Shown here one piece after another: positions 60,469-64,000 of a stretch of 64,000 nt of DNA. The notes under the pieces were generated by a model. The model did not search any database. It was not told the DNA's origin and was given only the letters and a program-made list of their open reading frames with translations. How positions within the stretch are numbered: position 1 is the stretch's first letter; each line of letters begins with the position of its first letter. The stretch is from Nitrososphaeraceae archaeon (GTDB taxonomy: Archaea; Thermoproteota; Nitrososphaeria; Nitrososphaerales; Nitrososphaeraceae): assembly GCA_035252175.1 (NCBI GenBank), contig DATFDI010000052.1, positions 5,193 through 69,192 on the forward strand, read 5' to 3'. The position numbers and the translations under genes are program-made.

Positions 60469-61572
60469 TCAGATTATTGGCTTCCCATGTAAGGTTAAAG
60501 ATTTCAAAGTGTCTTGGTCAAGTTTAACGACCTGATCAGGCAACGGAACATATCCTAGCTTATCTGCAAACTTTTGGCCATCAGTTATTGCCCAGGAGAT
60601 AAAGTCAACTAATGCTTTTGCCTTTGCATCGTCAATGCTCGGGTTAGTACTCAACTCTTTGTATAGAAGAAGATATGAGAAGCTAGCAATAGGGTATGAT
60701 TCTGCTCCCTGAGCATTGACTACTGAAACTGAGTCCCATGACTGATCTCCTTTTGGAAGGTTTGGTGCTGAGGCACTAACCGCAGCTTCAGTTGAGCTCA
60801 TCGATGGTTCAATAAATTTGCCTGCTTGATTTTGTAAAAATGCATATGGCATTTTTGTTGTTAGTGCATAAGCCAACTCAACATAGCCTATAGTATTTTG
60901 GGTGCCCTTTACTGCGTTAGCAACACCTTCATTGCCTGGAGCACCTATTCCTGTTGGCCATGGCACAGATTTTGAGGTACCAACCTTGTTATTCCATTCA
61001 GAGCTTACTTTGGAAAGATAATCCGTCCAGACAAAAGTCGTACCCGAACCATCTGATCTATGGACAACTACGATGTTGTTAGAAGGTAGAGATACACCAG
61101 GATTCAGAGATTGTATTTTTGCATCATTCCACTTTTTAATATTACCTAAAAATATATCTGCGACAACCGGGCCTGAAAGTTTCAGTCCTTTATTTTTAAA
61201 GTTGGGAAGATTGTAAGCTACTACTACAGAACCAATTGTTTCAGGTATATGTACAGCACCTGGAGCAGCTTTCTGTTCTGACTTTGATAAAGGAGCATCT
61301 GAAGCACCAAAGTCAACCGTTTTTTCAGTAAATTGTTTAACTCCTCCTCCACTACCTATGGATTGGTAGTTTATATTTACAGTTGGCTTCACTTTCTGAT
61401 ATTGTACCCGCCACGAATCAATTAGCGGAAATGGAAAAGTCGCACCTGCGCCATTTATAGATATTTGACTTTGTGCATACGATGACTTAACGGACATACT
61501 TGCTGGCATAATAGCTATTATAAGAATAAGTATACCTGCCGTAAATCCCATCAGCAATGGTTTGATATTCAT
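60469..61572 (-). CDS. pstS: phosphate-binding protein PstS
   Basis: Signal anchor, 'GAGATFPFP', 'GSGGG', 'HRSDGSGTTFVWTDYL'. Confidence 0.9.
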   Translation of the reverse strand: MNIKPLLMGFTAGILILIIAIMPASMSVKSSYAQSQISINGAGATFPFPLIDSWRVQYQKVKPTVNINYQSIGSGGGVKQFTEKTVDFGASDAPLSKSEQKAAPGAVHIPETIGSVVVAYNLPNFKNKGLKLSGPVVADIFLGNIKKWNDAKIQSLNPGVSLPSNNIVVVHRSDGSGTTFVWTDYLSKVSSEWNNKVGTSKSVPWPTGIGAPGNEGVANAVKGTQNTIGYVELAYALTTKMPYAFLQNQAGKFIEPSMSSTEAAVSASAPNLPKGDQSWDSVSVVNAQGAESYPIASFSYLLLYKELSTNPSIDDAKAKALVDFISWAITDGQKFADKLGYVPLPDQVVKLDQDTLKSLTLHGKPII

Positions 61573-61866
61573 TAAAAATCAGAATAATACTCAAATTATT
61601 ATCTGTTAGGTATATGATTCGTATAGTGTATATGATGACTATATGAACTCATTTCAGAAGCAGTAAGAACATTGATGACAAGTATGCATTCCTTATTGTT
61701 CAATGGACAAGCAATGATAACATAATCTCTGATTTCTATCTCCTAGATGATGAATCTGAACTCTGGGAAATTGATTACGACTCAGGGCATGCTGCAAATG
61801 TGAAATTTCTTATGCAAACCATATGTCTGCTTTTATATTCTGCGGATCAGAAAGAACTAGCGGACT

Positions 61867-62280
61867 ATGATTATTAAAAGAAACTGGCGTGACATTCATC
61901 CTACTATAGCCTATCAAATCGGGATAGATCGGAGGTTGCTGTCATCAGTAGATAAGGCTCGCGAAGACATACAAGGATCTGCGCTAGATCCACAATATCG
62001 TTGCCTGAAAGCTATAACGTATGTTTCATTTGCCGAATTACAGCCTCGTCTTTCCCACGAACCGCTTGTCCATAATAACCATGAAGAAGTATTTTATATA
62101 ATAAATGGTACCGGCAAGATTAAGGTAGGAAATGAAGAGGCCAGACTAAGAGATGGTGACATTGTTTACATTCCAGAAAACACTACACATTCTATTATAA
62201 ATGATGGTGAAGAAATGCTCAAGTTTTTGGCATTTGGTGGCTATACCGGAAAACAAAAAAAGAAAAGAAGCAGGAAATAA
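61867..62280 (+). CDS. cupin domain protein
   Basis: 'HNNHEEVFYIINGTG' ... 'GDIVYIPENTTHSIIN'. Confidence 0.7.
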   Translation: MIIKRNWRDIHPTIAYQIGIDRRLLSSVDKAREDIQGSALDPQYRCLKAITYVSFAELQPRLSHEPLVHNNHEEVFYIINGTGKIKVGNEEARLRDGDIVYIPENTTHSIINDGEEMLKFLAFGGYTGKQKKKRSRK

Positions 62281-62493
62281 TATAGAACTTATCATTGTAT
62301 AATGACGTATGCAATAGTAGTATGATTTGTTATTCTACCAAGAGTAACAAATTTGGATGTAAATATTCTTCAGGAATCATCGTTTACATTCGGAATAAAA
62401 ATAAACACACTAATTCTTGTATGGTCATGATTCATAAGTCATAAAGCATATCCATATTGATAAAATTCTGTTACAAGATGGCCACCATTACTA

Positions 62494-62706
62494 TCATCGT
62501 AGGCCTAGAGCATCTTTCAGATCTATTTCGTGATCCTGTTCCTCTGCTATAATATCTCTTAATGTTTCAGAAAGAGCAAATTCACCAACACTGCACACTC
62601 TAGAGATTACTATAGCTAGAAGACATATTACACGTAAAAGCTGAATTAAGTCTCCCAAAGTTTCTAAATATGGCTTGTATTTTTCAACAATATTTGAAAG
62701 TGGCAT
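62494..62706 (-). CDS. ferritin-like last-helix fragment (hypothetical)
   Basis: 'LRDIIAEEQDHEIDLKDAL' resembles the final helix of bacterioferritin-like proteins. It is only 70 aa and overlaps the upstream gene by 43 nt. Confidence 0.3.
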   Translation of the reverse strand: MPLSNIVEKYKPYLETLGDLIQLLRVICLLAIVISRVCSVGEFALSETLRDIIAEEQDHEIDLKDALGLR

Positions 62707-63425
62707 TCTTTACCACCTACGATTTTCATATCGACGATTACTTTTCCATCATATATGTTCACGATATTATACGTATTTTCAAAAAAACCTCTATACCGTT
62801 CTGAAGATGTTGTACCTGCGTATGCGATTTGTAATGTGCCTAAATTCCATAACCATGGCCTATGTTTATGTCCGCAAATAACCAAATTTACACTGGATTG
62901 AAGACAAGCCCTTAACGTATCTCCTGCATCAACAATAATTATCTTATCATTACCAGTATCAGGAATGCCAATTAAATGGTGATGCATTGCAATAATCTTT
63001 ATCTTTTTCTTCTTCTTGTCATCGCTGTTGTCATTGTATTTTCTTAAAGCATTTTCCATCCAAAGGTTCTGTCTATAACCTACTTCACCTTCATCTCTGT
63101 CTGGTCTAGCAGTTCCAAGAGTCATTATCACTGCATCATCAAATTCATAGATTTGTTGTTTTGATGGAAAAAATTTCTTGAATACTAAGTATCCTGTATG
63201 ACGATAATCATGATTTCCTGCCAAAACAATCATGTTAGAACAAGTAAATTTCTTAATTTGTGCATGAATTTGTTCAAACTGAAATAACAGGCCCTCATCA
63301 GTAAGATCACCTGTAATTATGATTGCATCTGGATTTAGTTTATTTATCTCCTCTACAACAGTGTCAAAAACCTGCTGTTTAAAGAAACTTCCCACGTGAA
63401 TATCAGATAGCTGAACTAGTTGCAT
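62664..63425 (-). CDS. calcineurin-like metallophosphoesterase
   Basis: 'LSDIHVG', 'GDLTDEG', 'AGNHD', 'MHHH', 'CGHKH'. Confidence 0.85.
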   Translation of the reverse strand: MQLVQLSDIHVGSFFKQQVFDTVVEEINKLNPDAIIITGDLTDEGLLFQFEQIHAQIKKFTCSNMIVLAGNHDYRHTGYLVFKKFFPSKQQIYEFDDAVIMTLGTARPDRDEGEVGYRQNLWMENALRKYNDNSDDKKKKKIKIIAMHHHLIGIPDTGNDKIIIVDAGDTLRACLQSSVNLVICGHKHRPWLWNLGTLQIAYAGTTSSERYRGFFENTYNIVNIYDGKVIVDMKIVGGKECHFQILLKNTSHI

Positions 63426-63859
63426 TTTTTTCTCGTGCTTCCTATAGGTAACTTAACCCTTTGGTTCCTCTAATCTTATGATTTGATGTGACAGCATTAA
63501 CGTGTGGGTATGCTAGTGGGGTATGACAGCAATACGAGGATTGCTAGTTTTAGAATCTCAAGTATAAAGGATTTTTGAATATGAAATACTGATCTTAGTA
63601 TAGAACAATATGATCTACAGGACAACTATCTTAGGTGTACTAATTGAGTTCTTCACTGCTACCATTCCCGCTTGCTTCTTTCGAGGAAGCATGAACTTTC
63701 CAAAATAATTTAATTGAAAATCGTAAATCTACAAGGTAATCATATCAGCTATGATATGTTTATACTGAGATGCTTAGCTAATACTACTTGCTTTATGGTC
63801 CAAAAGTTGTTTGTGAATTAATTTGCTGTTGTTGTCTTCTTCACATCGTCTTTAATGTA

Positions 63860-64000
63860 TCACAATTTGGAAATACGAGGAACATGTTTCATATATATTG
63901 TAATGCCAACAGGCAAGATTAAAGCCCAGAAAAATTGGGTTAACTGGATATTGATAAATGAAATTCCAATTGAGATGAGGAAAATCGCAGGAGAAGCAAG
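63860..64000 (-). CDS. C-terminal end of a membrane protein (5' end outside window)
   Basis: My own translation of the minus strand from the window edge: LASPAIFLISIGISFINIQLTQFFWALILPVGITIYMKHVPRISKL*. It is hydrophobic and has no stop before 63860. Confidence 0.3.
   Translation of the reverse strand, partial: LASPAIFLISIGISFINIQLTQFFWALILPVGITIYMKHVPRISKL

Noticed and set aside
1-64000. CRISPR arrays
   Set aside because: No series of 25-40-nt direct repeats with regular spacers was seen. The only tandem repeats are short microsatellites (18139..18163, 32892..32923) and coding trinucleotide runs.
1-64000. tRNA, rRNA or other classical RNA genes
   Set aside because: I scanned the intergenic GC-richer patches by eye and found no cloverleaf-compatible 70-90-nt segment and no T-loop GTTCRAATC context. 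I cannot exclude divergent or intron-containing tRNAs without a covariance-model scan.

Overview
This is a visibly AT-rich archaeal chromosomal segment with low coding density. Several ORF-poor spacers run 0.3-1 kb. The gene content is aEF-2 with a diphthamide loop, PurP, mannosyl-3-phosphoglycerate synthase, AbrB-PhoU, TatAC and an Lhr-type helicase. Together with the base composition this suggests a soil-type Nitrososphaerales (ammonia-oxidising thaumarchaeon). That lineage call is an inference and was not computed.

Layout:
- 0-5 kb: beta-CASP RNase tail, SepF-like protein, Lhr helicase.
- 5-8 kb: wHTH protein and a membrane GT2.
- 8-13 kb: redox/repair patch (nitroreductase, pirin, NmrA-like, AlkB) with several gene lesions and repeated intergenic motifs.
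- 14-17 kb: permease, orphan receiver domain, small membrane proteins.
- 18-24 kb: glycosylation island (GT-C, FkbM methyltransferase, two GT4).
- 24-33 kb: housekeeping genes (tatCA, purP, DUF151 nuclease, asnB, mpgS, aEF-2).
- 33-45 kb: accessory-looking stretch with secreted proteins, many small zinc-ribbon proteins, an orphan Ku and TerC.
- 43.6-63.4 kb: a large phosphate/polyphosphate neighbourhood. It holds USP, a thymidylate-kinase-like protein, SixA, Ppx, a second thymidylate-kinase-like protein, a frameshifted PPase, CHAD, PPK2, a decayed USP, AbrB-PhoU, PhoU, pstBACS and a metallophosphoesterase.

The most interesting candidate is the pair of Tmk-like paralogs bracketing sixA-ppx. 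It may be an unconventional polyphosphate kinase.

I could not support any tRNA, rRNA, CRISPR array or intact mobile element. All calls rest on reading motifs by eye. No searches, alignments or statistics were run.
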